Part shown: positions 27,517-36,979 of the stretch, piece after piece | How positions within the stretch are numbered: the stretch's first letter is position 1 | How the letters are laid out: each line of letters begins with the position of its first letter | Source: an uncultured cyanobacterium | Lineage (GTDB): Bacteria; Cyanobacteriota; Cyanobacteriia; Pseudanabaenales; Pseudanabaenaceae | Assembly: GCA_963703315.1 (NCBI GenBank) | Contig: OY969811.1 | Span: 2,816,001 to 2,880,000, forward strand | Reading direction: 5' to 3' | Length of the DNA: 64,000 nt | Notes under the pieces: generated by a model | Told to the model about the DNA's origin: nothing | Database searches by the model: none | Seen by the model: the letters and a program-made list of their open reading frames with translations, nothing else | Program-made: the position numbers and the translations under genes

Positions 27517-28539
27517 TTAAAATGGTTTCCAATCTGGCGATCGCAGCATTTTGAAATGTTCGAGACGTTGATGGAAGTAACTGCGATCCAGTTTGCTGTG
27601 ATTATGCACGATCGCCGATTTGACACTGATTGCCCAAGACCAAATCTGGGCGACTTGCATCAGAGATTGCATACATTGCAGTTCGATTTCCGTAAGGGGC
27701 TGCGATGACTGATAACCATGCAAAAAAGCCTTACGGACACTAGGACTAATCCCTGCTTGTAAAGTCACTTGCAGAAATTTGGCAATATCAAAGGATCGCC
27801 AGCCATAACCGCACTGATCGAAGTCAAAGAGAGTAATTTCATTAGTCTCCGTAAAATGGACATTGCCACTATGCGGATCACCCCAGCACACACTCCACAA
27901 AGGGAAATCCTGCGGCAGATGCCGAATTTGTTCTTTAATTTGGGCGATCGCCTCATTCATATAGGACAGCGCTGCATCATTAAAAAATGGTGATAGATCG
28001 CGCAAGGAGTCATCTAGCAAATAGTTAATTGTCAAATGGGGACGCGCCGACTGACATTGAAAATCTTGGGCAGTATGGTGCAGTTTTGCCAAAGTTTCGC
28101 CTAATCTTTGTGCCTGTGATTTATTCAGATCTCCCACTGCCACTTTACCCGCCGCATGGGTAAATAGAGACGCATAGCGTTTACCCTCAAGGGCAGGAAT
28201 CTCGATCGCTAGCTGTCCATCCTTAGTCGCAAGGGGATAGGCTACGGGAATATAATTTTTATGCAGAAAGGCTAATAACTCTAACTCAAACTCAATCTCG
28301 GCGAGCGATCGCCAATGGGCATGGGAAACCCGCAACACATAGCGATGGGCATGGGTTTCTACTAAATAAATATCACTCAACCCCCGCATCCAAAATACGC
28401 AACTAGTAATTTCGCCAACGGCATAGCGTGACAAAACCCGATCAACTAATGCTTGTGGGGCAAGAGTAGAATAGGTAATCGGAAAGAGATGGTCAGGTGT
28501 ACTGGGAGAATGCTTGATAGACCAGTCTGCTACAGGCAT
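27517..28539 (-). CDS. Phosphotransferase, APH/homoserine kinase type II family
   Basis: 'CWGDPHSGNVHF', 'LFDFDQCGYGWRSFDIAKF' and 'LAKLH'. Confidence 0.88.
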   Translation of the reverse strand: MPVADWSIKHSPSTPDHLFPITYSTLAPQALVDRVLSRYAVGEITSCVFWMRGLSDIYLVETHAHRYVLRVSHAHWRSLAEIEFELELLAFLHKNYIPVAYPLATKDGQLAIEIPALEGKRYASLFTHAAGKVAVGDLNKSQAQRLGETLAKLHHTAQDFQCQSARPHLTINYLLDDSLRDLSPFFNDAALSYMNEAIAQIKEQIRHLPQDFPLWSVCWGDPHSGNVHFTETNEITLFDFDQCGYGWRSFDIAKFLQVTLQAGISPSVRKAFLHGYQSSQPLTEIELQCMQSLMQVAQIWSWAISVKSAIVHNHSKLDRSYFHQRLEHFKMLRSPDWKPF

Positions 28540-28717
28540 AGCGATCGATAACTTGATGAATTTTGAGTGCTATTTCAGATATATCGCAGACTCGGAATTG
28601 AAAGTGTTTGTCAAAAACCAAAAGATATTTTTGTCATTTGCTTGGTGATGACAGTAGAGGCGTTACTTCGCGCTGTCTCTGCAATCTAGGTTTTATTTTC
28701 GGGTATTCTTAAATACT

Positions 28718-29428
28718 ATGCAAAACTCCTCATCCCCTCACCCCAGTTCCTCTAATAACGAAATTATTGTTAACGTCACCAATGAAAATGTGTCACGACG
28801 AGCGCGAGTACGTGAACACGTAAATCCCCTTGCCAAAAAATACAGCGTGGCGATCGCTCCACCCATCTGGACAGAAGTTTATGCCGATTGGTCAAAACCT
28901 CTCAGTCTGGATATTGGCTCTGCTAGAGGACGCTATATTTTGCAAATGGCACAACTCAAGCCCGACTGGAATTTTTTAGGTTTAGAAATTCGGGAACCGT
29001 TAGTTGATCGCTGCAATGAAGTGCGTGATGAATTGGGTTTCAAAAATCTGCATTACATTTTTTGCAATGCTAATGTGTCGCTAGCGGGACTCTTAACGAA
29101 AGGCTCATTGCATGAAGTCACGATTCAATTTCCCGACCCTTGGTTTAAGCGCCGCCAACAAAAACGCCGTGCCGTACAACCTGAATTAGTCTCGACTTTG
29201 GCGGAATTACTAGTTCCCAATGCCGATGTGTTTTTGCAGTCAGATGTCTATGATGTTGCAGAAGATATGCGTCAACATTTTGAAGCTAATCAGAATTTTA
29301 TTAATCTTGCAGGAACAGGTAACTTTGCTAATGATACGATTTTTCCTGAACATATTCCCACCGAGCGTGAAAGTTCGGTAATTTCGCAAGGTTTACCAGT
29401 CTATCGCGCCTATTTCAAACGCAGATGA
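28718..29428 (+). CDS. trmB: tRNA (guanine-N7)-methyltransferase
   Basis: 'RVREHVNPL', 'LDIGSARG', 'LGLEIREPLV', 'IQFPDPWFKRR' and 'PTERE'. Confidence 0.95.
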   Translation: MQNSSSPHPSSSNNEIIVNVTNENVSRRARVREHVNPLAKKYSVAIAPPIWTEVYADWSKPLSLDIGSARGRYILQMAQLKPDWNFLGLEIREPLVDRCNEVRDELGFKNLHYIFCNANVSLAGLLTKGSLHEVTIQFPDPWFKRRQQKRRAVQPELVSTLAELLVPNADVFLQSDVYDVAEDMRQHFEANQNFINLAGTGNFANDTIFPEHIPTERESSVISQGLPVYRAYFKRR

Positions 29429-29464
29429 TTTACTCTATTATCCAATTCTCTCTAAGGAAAAAGT

Positions 29465-30556
29465 ATGAACTCCACTTATAAAGCATTTTGGTTAGAGAAT
29501 GGTGATCTTGTTGTCATTGATCAAACTCAGCTTCCGTTTCGTAATGTCACGAAAACCCTGAAAACTAGTGCCGATGCAACCCTTGCGATCCAAGATATGA
29601 CCGTGCGCGGTGCGGGTGTTATCGGTAATGTCGCCGCCTTTGGCGTGTATTTAGCGGCTAGAGAAAGCAAGGGCGATCTTGACAAGATTAAAGCCCTCTC
29701 ATCCGTAATTCGCCGCGCTCGTCCCACTGCGGTCAATCTCATGTGGGCAGTTGATCGCCTGATTACAGTATTAGAAAAAGCAGCTATTAAAAAACTTGAT
29801 TTAGTAGAAGTTGCACTCCAAGAGGCGATCGCGATTGCCGATGAAGATGTAATTGGTACGCGCAATATTGGCAAATTTGGCTGTGAATTAATTGAGAAGA
29901 TCGCCAAGACTAAACCTAAAGGCGAACCTGTAAATATTCTCACTCACTGTAATGCAGGATGGCTGGCGATCGTTGATCGTGGCAGTGCCTTAGCACCAAT
30001 TTATGAAGCCAGCGATCGGGGGATTAACATTCATGTATGGGTAGATGAAACTCGACCTCGCAATCAAGGTGCAAATTTGACCGCATGGGAACTTGGTCAA
30101 TCCAAGATTCCCCATACGCTGATTGCAGACAATACGGGTGGACTATTGATGCAGTATGGGAAAGTCGATCTCTGTATCGTGGGAACCGATCGCGTTACCC
30201 GTAGTGGCGATGTTGCCAATAAAATCGGTACATATCTCAAAGCACTGGCTGCCTTTGATAATGAAATCCCTTTTTATGTAGCCTTACCAAGTTCTACCTT
30301 TGATATGCAAATCTCTAATGGAGTCAAAGAGATCGCGATCGAAACTCGGAGTGCAGATGAAGTCTTATATATGCAAGGTTTACAGGATGATGGCGCGATC
30401 GCTAAAGTCCGAGTTGCTCCCTTAGAAACCACAGCTTTAAATTATGGTTTTGATATCACGCCTGCAAAATTGGTCACAGGCTTAATCACAGAGCGCGGTA
30501 TTTGTGAAGCAGCAGAAACGGCGATCGCAGGGATGTTTCTCGATCTGATTCCATAA
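29465..30556 (+). CDS. mtnA: S-methyl-5-thioribose-1-phosphate isomerase
   Basis: 'DQTQLP', 'VRGAGVIG', 'RPTAVNL', 'LTHCNAGWLA', 'DETRPRNQGA' and 'GDVANKIGTY'. Confidence 0.95.
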   Translation: MNSTYKAFWLENGDLVVIDQTQLPFRNVTKTLKTSADATLAIQDMTVRGAGVIGNVAAFGVYLAARESKGDLDKIKALSSVIRRARPTAVNLMWAVDRLITVLEKAAIKKLDLVEVALQEAIAIADEDVIGTRNIGKFGCELIEKIAKTKPKGEPVNILTHCNAGWLAIVDRGSALAPIYEASDRGINIHVWVDETRPRNQGANLTAWELGQSKIPHTLIADNTGGLLMQYGKVDLCIVGTDRVTRSGDVANKIGTYLKALAAFDNEIPFYVALPSSTFDMQISNGVKEIAIETRSADEVLYMQGLQDDGAIAKVRVAPLETTALNYGFDITPAKLVTGLITERGICEAAETAIAGMFLDLIP

Positions 30557-30592
30557 GCTAGAGATAGCGCTTAGCGCTATCTCTATTTCTAT

Positions 30593-31120
30593 CTATTGTT
30601 TGACCAGTTGTACGGGTTTACCATCAGCTTGCAAAGTCTTACCATCTGCTAACAAGGTGTAGCTCTGAGGTGGTGAGACTTGTTGAGGTTTCTTGCCGTT
30701 AATAGTTTCTACTTGAGAAATCATCTTCCCATTCTTAATCAAAATTTTGCCTGTTGTGTTCAGCGATCTGGGTTTGCCGTCCCTAGCGATTATATTTAAA
30801 GTCGCTGAAAATGTACCATTAGGATTGATAATCCATTGTCCCGTCATTGATTGGAGTCCACTTTTCTTTAAGTTAGCCAGAAATTCGGAAGTGAAAACTG
30901 TTTTATAGGTTCCTACAAGTTTCGCAAGCTTTAGCTCCGATGACTGCTTTTGCTTGATGGTGAGAGTTGCGTCTTCTCTAGCTTGGACTGATTGCAGGGG
31001 GATAAATGGATTAAAATCGGCGATCGCTGAGATCGTCATTGTTAATGAAGCGATCGCCCCCCATAGAGCGAAACCTATTGGCGAAGAAGATGGCTGTTTA
31101 TATTTGTTGCTGATCATCAT
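30593..31120 (-). CDS. Exported hypothetical protein (paralogue of the next gene)
   Basis: Hydrophobic N-terminus; C-terminus 'QSYTLLADGKTLQADGKPVQLVKQ'. Confidence 0.8.
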   Translation of the reverse strand: MMISNKYKQPSSSPIGFALWGAIASLTMTISAIADFNPFIPLQSVQAREDATLTIKQKQSSELKLAKLVGTYKTVFTSEFLANLKKSGLQSMTGQWIINPNGTFSATLNIIARDGKPRSLNTTGKILIKNGKMISQVETINGKKPQQVSPPQSYTLLADGKTLQADGKPVQLVKQ

Positions 31121-31130
31121 AAACCTCGTA

Positions 31131-31234
31131 TAAGTAGCTAGGCACAAGTAAACTTAAAACCTAGAAGCTTGTGCCGCCCGCGTAGCGGGCGGCACAAGCT
31201 CTGGTTTTGGGTTTTAACTATGCTGAGCTACTTA
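31131..31234. mobile_element. MITE-like element with TAAGTAGCT...AGCTACTTA ends and an internal GCCGCCCGC-GTA-GCGGGCGGC hairpin
   Basis: Terminal inverted repeats are visible. The left part is nearly identical to 35319-35400. Confidence 0.75.
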
Positions 31235-31266
31235 ATTTACCATACAGAAAAAAGGGGAAAGTATTT

Positions 31267-31782
31267 TTATTGTCTGACTAGCTTTACAGGTTGATCATCT
31301 GCTTGTAAAGTCTTGCCGTCTGATAGTAGTGTATAGGATTGAGTTGGAGGAACTTCATCCAACTTTTTGCCATTCCTTGTTTCCACTTGAGACACTACCT
31401 TTCCGTTGATAATCCTAATTGTTCCTGTTGTTCTAATTACTTCTACTTCACCGTTGATGCTAACAGCCTTTAATTCTACCGTGAAGTAACCATTAGGATT
31501 AATTATCCATTGTCCTGAAACTGATGCAACTCCTTCTTCTTTTGCCTCCAGAAGTACTTTAGGGTCTATAACGATTCTATAAGTACCCGCAATTTTAACA
31601 ACTCTTGGTTGAGCTTGTTTTTGCTTGACAGAGATAGATAGATTCTCAGAAGCATGAACTGACAGAGAAGGCAAGAATGGAGTAAAAATAGATGTTACGC
31701 AGGTAATTGAAGCGATCGCTCCAAATAATAGAAAACCTAATTTCACAGACATTTTGGATGAAACTGTATTTGTGATCATCAT
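31267..31782 (-). CDS. Exported hypothetical protein (paralogue of the preceding gene)
   Basis: 'GQWIINPNG.F' and 'QSYTLLSDGKTLQADDQPVKLVRQ'. Confidence 0.8.
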   Translation of the reverse strand: MMITNTVSSKMSVKLGFLLFGAIASITCVTSIFTPFLPSLSVHASENLSISVKQKQAQPRVVKIAGTYRIVIDPKVLLEAKEEGVASVSGQWIINPNGYFTVELKAVSINGEVEVIRTTGTIRIINGKVVSQVETRNGKKLDEVPPTQSYTLLSDGKTLQADDQPVKLVRQ

Positions 31783-31840
31783 ACACTTGTCATAAATTTC
31801 TTCATAAAAGGAATCAGAAACGCAACATTTTGTCTCGATT

Positions 31841-32065
31841 TTAGACAATTTGAAAGTCTTCAATCTCGATGACATCACCGATCGCCGCAAGTGACATCAC
31901 ATCATCCCGAACTGTAGCAGTAACGCTAACCTTTAAGCCCTCTTGCAGAATTGATTCGGGCGCAGGTTGCCAAATCTCATACTGCTCATCGGTATCGGTG
32001 ACGATCGCCCAAGTTCCCGTACCAATATCGATATATTCCACAGTGCCGACAATTTGAATATGCAT
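31841..32065 (-). CDS. Small conserved hypothetical protein
   Basis: 'GTVEYIDIGTGTWAIVTD..EQYEI...GLKV...RDDVMSLAAIGDVIEI'; abuts the peptidase gene. Confidence 0.75.
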   Translation of the reverse strand: MHIQIVGTVEYIDIGTGTWAIVTDTDEQYEIWQPAPESILQEGLKVSVTATVRDDVMSLAAIGDVIEIEDFQIV

Positions 32066-32116
32066 ATATTTTTTCACAAAGAATGAAGAATGAGCGCGAA
32101 GCACTCATTCTTGAAC

Positions 32117-33922
32117 TTAAATGCTAGCAGTTTCTGACTTAATCGATAAATAGGCACAGCCGAAACATAGTAAAGAATTGATGCTGAGAAAAGCGATCGA
32201 TGGTAATCCTTCACTAATCCACATCATTTGTGGCACTAATACCGCACTGGTGGCTAAACAAGCGGAAGTACCAATTGCCGAGCCGATCGCAAACCATTTC
32301 CATTGCGGATGTCCGAGTAAAAACAGCAACAAACCAAGGGGTAACAGTACACTTGCAGTAATGGGATTGAGGGCATTGGTATTAGAGAAAGCATTACCTA
32401 ATTCAGCCAAAGAACTTCCCGCAATCCGAAATGGCAGTTGAGTCAGGTCAAATACATAGAAGCCTCTCAAAAAGAACAAACCTGCACCACCAAAGAAGAC
32501 TCCATTAGAAAATGACCAATTCCATCGGAAGGGAAACCAGCGATTGAGGATTATTGCTAATAGATAGGAACCAATCACCATAATTAGTTTAGGAATTAGC
32601 GCCACAGCCCCGCCATCAATCCAAAACCTCGGACTCAAGTAGCCATTGTCTCGCGCCCATCGTAGAAAATCGGGAATTAACTGTCCCTGTGAGGCAAGAT
32701 TGACTGCTGCTGCCGCATTTAAATGCCCCGCACCGTAGTAGTTGAGCGTATCATCGGCAACTTTGCGCGAAGACTGTTTGAGAATTTGGGCAACCTTTTC
32801 AGGATCTTTCACTCCCGATGCTTCGATTAGCGCGACTACACCCGCAACGTGAGGTGATGCCATACTCGTACCTTGGAAAGAGCGAAATACGGATTGCTTA
32901 TTTTTAGGGTCAATCGTATTTTGCAAAATACCGCCCGAACCATCGCCATCTTTACCTCTAGCGATCGCGCCACCGGGAGCCGCCACATCCACACCCGCAC
33001 CATAATTAGAATAGGGAGCTTTTTCGCCTGTAGAGCCTGTTGCCGCCACCGCAATTACTTTAGGATAACGGGCAGGATAGAAAGCAGCATTACGATTGGA
33101 ATTTCCTGCGGCTGCCACGATGACGACACCTTTTTTATAGGCATAATCGATCGCCTTTTGCATAAGCTTACTTTCACCACCACCACCGAGACTCATATTG
33201 ATCACATTTGCGCCATTGTCCGCCGCAAAAATAATCGCCTCGGCAATATCGGAAATCGTGCCACCACCTGATGCTGATAGCACTTTAAGCGGCATAATGC
33301 TGGCTTCGTAAGCAATCCCCGCCACGCCATAATTATTATTTGTCGATTGAGCGATCGTACCCGCTACATGGGTTCCATGCCCATTGTCATCACTAGCATC
33401 TTCGCGATCGTTCACAAAATCGTAACCCTTAACGAAGTTTGTGTTTTTGAGATCGTCAACTTTGCTTACACCTGTATCAATGACGGCGACAGTAATGCCC
33501 TTACCTTTAGTTTTTTGCCAAGCCTTTTCTACATCGATCGCCTTGAGATTCCATTGCTCCTTATACATTGGGTCATTAGGAGCCGTACCACCAATAAAGT
33601 CAAGCGAATAGATATAATTTGGCTCAACATATTCTGTTAATTCTTTAAGTTCTTTAAATTGCTTTAGCTGTTCAAGGACTTGAGGATCACCTTTGACAAT
33701 GTACAGATGATCTCCTCTAGAGAAGGCACTATTAAACTTCGTTTCGATGCCATATTTTGAGGCGATCGCCTTGAGTTCATTATCAACCTGAGCAGGCGAT
33801 AGCGTATCCCGAAAGTTCAATACCATTGAGTCAAATTCACCTTCGACTGCCAACCCTTGATAGGTCGATAGCGCCCAAAACAAACCCGCAAAAAATAAGC
33901 ATGAGAGCAGAAATTTTTTCAT
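32117..33922 (-). CDS. S8 subtilisin-like serine peptidase with a C-terminal membrane domain
   Basis: Catalytic 'VAVIDTG', 'HGTHVAGTI' and 'GTSMASPHVAG'; hydrophobic C-terminal region. Confidence 0.95.
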   Translation of the reverse strand: MKKFLLSCLFFAGLFWALSTYQGLAVEGEFDSMVLNFRDTLSPAQVDNELKAIASKYGIETKFNSAFSRGDHLYIVKGDPQVLEQLKQFKELKELTEYVEPNYIYSLDFIGGTAPNDPMYKEQWNLKAIDVEKAWQKTKGKGITVAVIDTGVSKVDDLKNTNFVKGYDFVNDREDASDDNGHGTHVAGTIAQSTNNNYGVAGIAYEASIMPLKVLSASGGGTISDIAEAIIFAADNGANVINMSLGGGGESKLMQKAIDYAYKKGVVIVAAAGNSNRNAAFYPARYPKVIAVAATGSTGEKAPYSNYGAGVDVAAPGGAIARGKDGDGSGGILQNTIDPKNKQSVFRSFQGTSMASPHVAGVVALIEASGVKDPEKVAQILKQSSRKVADDTLNYYGAGHLNAAAAVNLASQGQLIPDFLRWARDNGYLSPRFWIDGGAVALIPKLIMVIGSYLLAIILNRWFPFRWNWSFSNGVFFGGAGLFFLRGFYVFDLTQLPFRIAGSSLAELGNAFSNTNALNPITASVLLPLGLLLFLLGHPQWKWFAIGSAIGTSACLATSAVLVPQMMWISEGLPSIAFLSINSLLCFGCAYLSIKSETASI

Positions 33923-33963
33923 GATGCTAAGACCTCAACCTCAAGTCCTTTATGGTTCCTCTG

Positions 33964-34069
33964 TAATACCAAAACAAAAAATGGCTACGCCATTTTCTGT
34001 TTTAAAAATCCTTACTGGGCTTGGTTTTTAATTCACAAAAGTGTTGTCACACTTTTGTGAATTGGTATA
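33964..34069. mobile_element. MITE-like element with ATACCAA...TTGGTAT ends and two internal hairpins
   Basis: taataccaaaacaaaaaatggc-tac-gccatttt...aattcacaaaagtgt-tgtc-acacttttgtgaattggtata. Confidence 0.6.
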
Positions 34070-34104
34070 AAAGAGCAAGGCAGAACTTTGTTCTGCCTTG
34101 CTCA

Positions 34105-34563
34105 CTAGGCATTCACTAATACCTGACCCTTCTCAATTTTTGCCCCATAAGTTTGAAGTGGCTTTTTGGCAGGATCTTTAAGCAAAGCACCATTAGCTGC
34201 AAATTCAGCATCATGACAGGGACAAACATACTGATTTTTGTCAGATTTCCAATTTACTGTGCAGCCTTTGTGCGTACAGGTAGTATTGACTGCTAATAAC
34301 TTAGTCTTGTCTTTAGGATCTCGGACTACCGAGATTTTCTTATCACTTGATACGAGTTTTCCATCTTTATCAAGCTGAGCAACTGTACCGATCGCTTTAA
34401 ACGTACCGCTAGGGTTAGCCGCTACACTTTCGGGTGCAGTTGCTGGTGATGATGCAGTAGGATTATTAGCTGCATCACTACAGCCAATCAGCGATGAAGG
34501 CAGCAGGCTAGCTAACCAACCTAAGCCAAACCAAGAAAGTAACTTACGGCGATTTAGATTCAT
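34105..34563 (-). CDS. Rieske 2Fe-2S protein (PetC3-like, RR signal and lipobox)
   Basis: 'CTHKGC' and 'CPCHDA' Rieske motifs; N-terminal 'NRRKLL...LIGC'. Confidence 0.92.
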   Translation of the reverse strand: MNLNRRKLLSWFGLGWLASLLPSSLIGCSDAANNPTASSPATAPESVAANPSGTFKAIGTVAQLDKDGKLVSSDKKISVVRDPKDKTKLLAVNTTCTHKGCTVNWKSDKNQYVCPCHDAEFAANGALLKDPAKKPLQTYGAKIEKGQVLVNA

Positions 34564-34732
34564 ATTTTTTCTATATACAGAGAATCCCATTTAATTCTAT
34601 AGCAAGCACCAAGAAAGAAGATGTGACGCAGATCTCCATCACTCGTATTAAAACATCAGCATTCATGCTGTATACAAATGATCGCACTGATCGCTATACA
34701 TGGTTAATGTTTACTGAAGTTTACATATATCC

Positions 34733-35245
34733 ATGCAGACGATTTCCCCAAGTGCTGATCACCTTCAAAAAATCGTGATGAGTGGCAACCAAGAGACGGA
34801 GTTTATAACTTGTCTCAAATTTGTGATTGATCCTCAAACCATCGGTTTACTTGAGAGCGAATTTACGCAAGAGATTTTGACGATTAAGGCAACGCATATT
34901 ATGCCTGTACCCAATAAACCATCATGCATCTTGGGAATCTTAAGCCGTCGCCGCCGCGTTTACTGGGCGATCGATTTAGCGATGCTATTGGGTTTACAAC
35001 CAATAGATCAAAAGATTGGACTTTACGAAGTAATTCTCATATCGGTACAAGAACTATCTCTGGCATTGGTTGTGCCGAACATTTTGGGCGTTGCTCATAT
35101 TCCTAGCGATCGCCTTGAGCAGAATCTTACATCTGTCCCCACAGCACTAAAACCTTATACTAAAAGCCTCATTAATGAGAAGGAAGAGTTAGCTTATCTA
35201 TTGAAAGCTGAAAATATTTTGCAGTCAACAATTCTCCATTCATGA
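34733..35245 (+). CDS. CheW-like chemotaxis/motility adaptor
   Basis: 'IMPVPNKPSCILGILSRRRRVYWAIDLAMLLGL...LALVV..ILGV'. Confidence 0.85.
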   Translation: MQTISPSADHLQKIVMSGNQETEFITCLKFVIDPQTIGLLESEFTQEILTIKATHIMPVPNKPSCILGILSRRRRVYWAIDLAMLLGLQPIDQKIGLYEVILISVQELSLALVVPNILGVAHIPSDRLEQNLTSVPTALKPYTKSLINEKEELAYLLKAENILQSTILHS

Positions 35246-35262
35246 CCTCTGAAAACCCAAAC

Positions 35263-35400
35263 CCAAGAAGCGAGTTGCGGCGCAAAGCGCCGCAACTCGC
35301 TTCTTGGATTTAAGACGATAAGTAGCTAGGCATAAGTAAACTTAAAACCTAGAAGCTTATGCCGCCCGCGTAGCGGGCGGCATAAGCTTCTAGGTTTTAA
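35263..35400. repeat. GAGTTGCGGCGC hairpin (35263-35307) followed by a TAAGTAGCT-type element with a perfect 28-bp stem (35319-35400)
   Basis: Inverted repeats read directly from the sequence. Confidence 0.85.
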
Positions 35401-35504
35401 CAGCTATAAAACAGCTTTTGATGCTGTGGTGGTAGCTTGAGACACATAATTAGATCCAAACCTGAGTCTCAATTAGAGAAGATCTAAACTATGCTGATCT
35501 CCTC

Positions 35505-36953
35505 ATGCCTGAGTTACTTAACTCAAATAGACTTCTATTTGACTTGCATCAAATTGCTCAGATTGCCCAAAACTTTTCTGGATGTCTAGAGCCAGAAGCG
35601 ATCGCCCATCAGTTAACAGAGGGGTTAATCCAGAAATTTGGCATCGCTTTGGCACGGGTTTGGTTGCTAGAGCCAAACCAACAATTTCTGAAACTAGTGT
35701 CTTCATCGGGGATGTACACTCATACTAATGGAGGATTTAGCAGAGTTCCTTTAGGAGCCTATAAAGTAGGTAAAATTGCTCAAAATCGGATTTCATTTTT
35801 AAGTAATAATCTTGCCGAAGAGACTTGGGTTGGTAATCGAGAATGGGCGATCGCCAATCATATTCGTGGATTTGTTGGTTATCCTCTGATGATTAGAGGT
35901 AGGGTTTTAGGAGTTCTTGCCAACTTTAGTCGAGAACCTTTAGCTCCTGAGTTTCTAGAGATTCTCCAAACCCTCTGTACAATGGCGAGTATTGCCTTAG
36001 ATGCGGCAATGCAATATCAACAAGACAAGCAAGTATGGTCATCTTCATCGCTAGTTCAATCCTTTAGCAGTTTGCCTCTATCAGAGCAATTAGCAACCAT
36101 CTTGACCTCAACTCGTCTTACCCTAGTTGGAGCCGAGCGATCGCTTTCATTGCCGATTACTTATATATTTCTCCAAACTGCGGAAATTTTAAATCAATTT
36201 GGATGTGCTTACTGCTGTCTCAGATATCAGATAGATGTCGTTGATTTAGAGGCAATTGTGCCAGCAAATAATCTAGCAGTTCCATCTCAAACTCAACCTA
36301 TTGATTCTATATTTGGTGAGTTATTCCCTATCGTTTCTTGTTTAGGAGGAACGCTCAGCAAACAATTTCTCGATACTCAACGCAGCATTCAGCTATTGCT
36401 ATCAATTCCCTATCCTAGTGCTAAAAGCTCTCAGATTATCCGCATCAAATGTAAATTTCCAGTTTTACAAACGGCATTTACCCATCTTGCATTTTTAGCA
36501 GGATTAGCTGTTAGCAATAATTTGGAGCCATTTTCAGAACCTATCGTAAATTCTGACCCGCAAATTCCTCTGCTCACCGATGATATTAGTGCTATTCATG
36601 ACGCTAAGTATGTAATTTGGATACAGCAAGCAAATCATCCGATACCATCAGGAGTGAAGGCAAAGATCGATCTAGCGATCGCCCCTGAGCAGTTGAACGA
36701 AGTTGTAAATGCCGTGATGCGAGGAGAATCTTGGGGAATTGAATCTAATAAAGCCTTGCTACCGTTGCTTTCAGAACGTGAGTTAGAAATTATGCAGTTA
36801 TTGGCAAAGGGTTTACGCGATCGCGCGATCGCCAAACAACTTGTGATCAGCGAGAGTACAGTCAAATTCCATATCAACAATATTATTGCTAAACTCAAGA
36901 CGAAAACTCGTTTTGAGGCTTTATATCAAGCGATTTTAAATGGCTGGATCTAA
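35505..36953 (+). CDS. GAF-domain + LuxR-type HTH transcriptional regulator
   Basis: N-terminal GAF ('ARVWLL...LKLVSSSG...FVGYPL..RGRVLGVLA'); C-terminal 'LSERELEIMQLLAKGLRDRAIAKQLVISESTVKFHINNIIAKL'. Confidence 0.9.
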   Translation: MPELLNSNRLLFDLHQIAQIAQNFSGCLEPEAIAHQLTEGLIQKFGIALARVWLLEPNQQFLKLVSSSGMYTHTNGGFSRVPLGAYKVGKIAQNRISFLSNNLAEETWVGNREWAIANHIRGFVGYPLMIRGRVLGVLANFSREPLAPEFLEILQTLCTMASIALDAAMQYQQDKQVWSSSSLVQSFSSLPLSEQLATILTSTRLTLVGAERSLSLPITYIFLQTAEILNQFGCAYCCLRYQIDVVDLEAIVPANNLAVPSQTQPIDSIFGELFPIVSCLGGTLSKQFLDTQRSIQLLLSIPYPSAKSSQIIRIKCKFPVLQTAFTHLAFLAGLAVSNNLEPFSEPIVNSDPQIPLLTDDISAIHDAKYVIWIQQANHPIPSGVKAKIDLAIAPEQLNEVVNAVMRGESWGIESNKALLPLLSERELEIMQLLAKGLRDRAIAKQLVISESTVKFHINNIIAKLKTKTRFEALYQAILNGWI

Positions 36954-36979
36954 GGACAAGACGAAGTACAGGACAAAAT

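Noticed and set aside
34622..34637. Possible CRP box upstream of cheW (TGTGA-cgcaga-TCTCC)
   Set aside because: The second half-site has two mismatches; too weak without conservation data.
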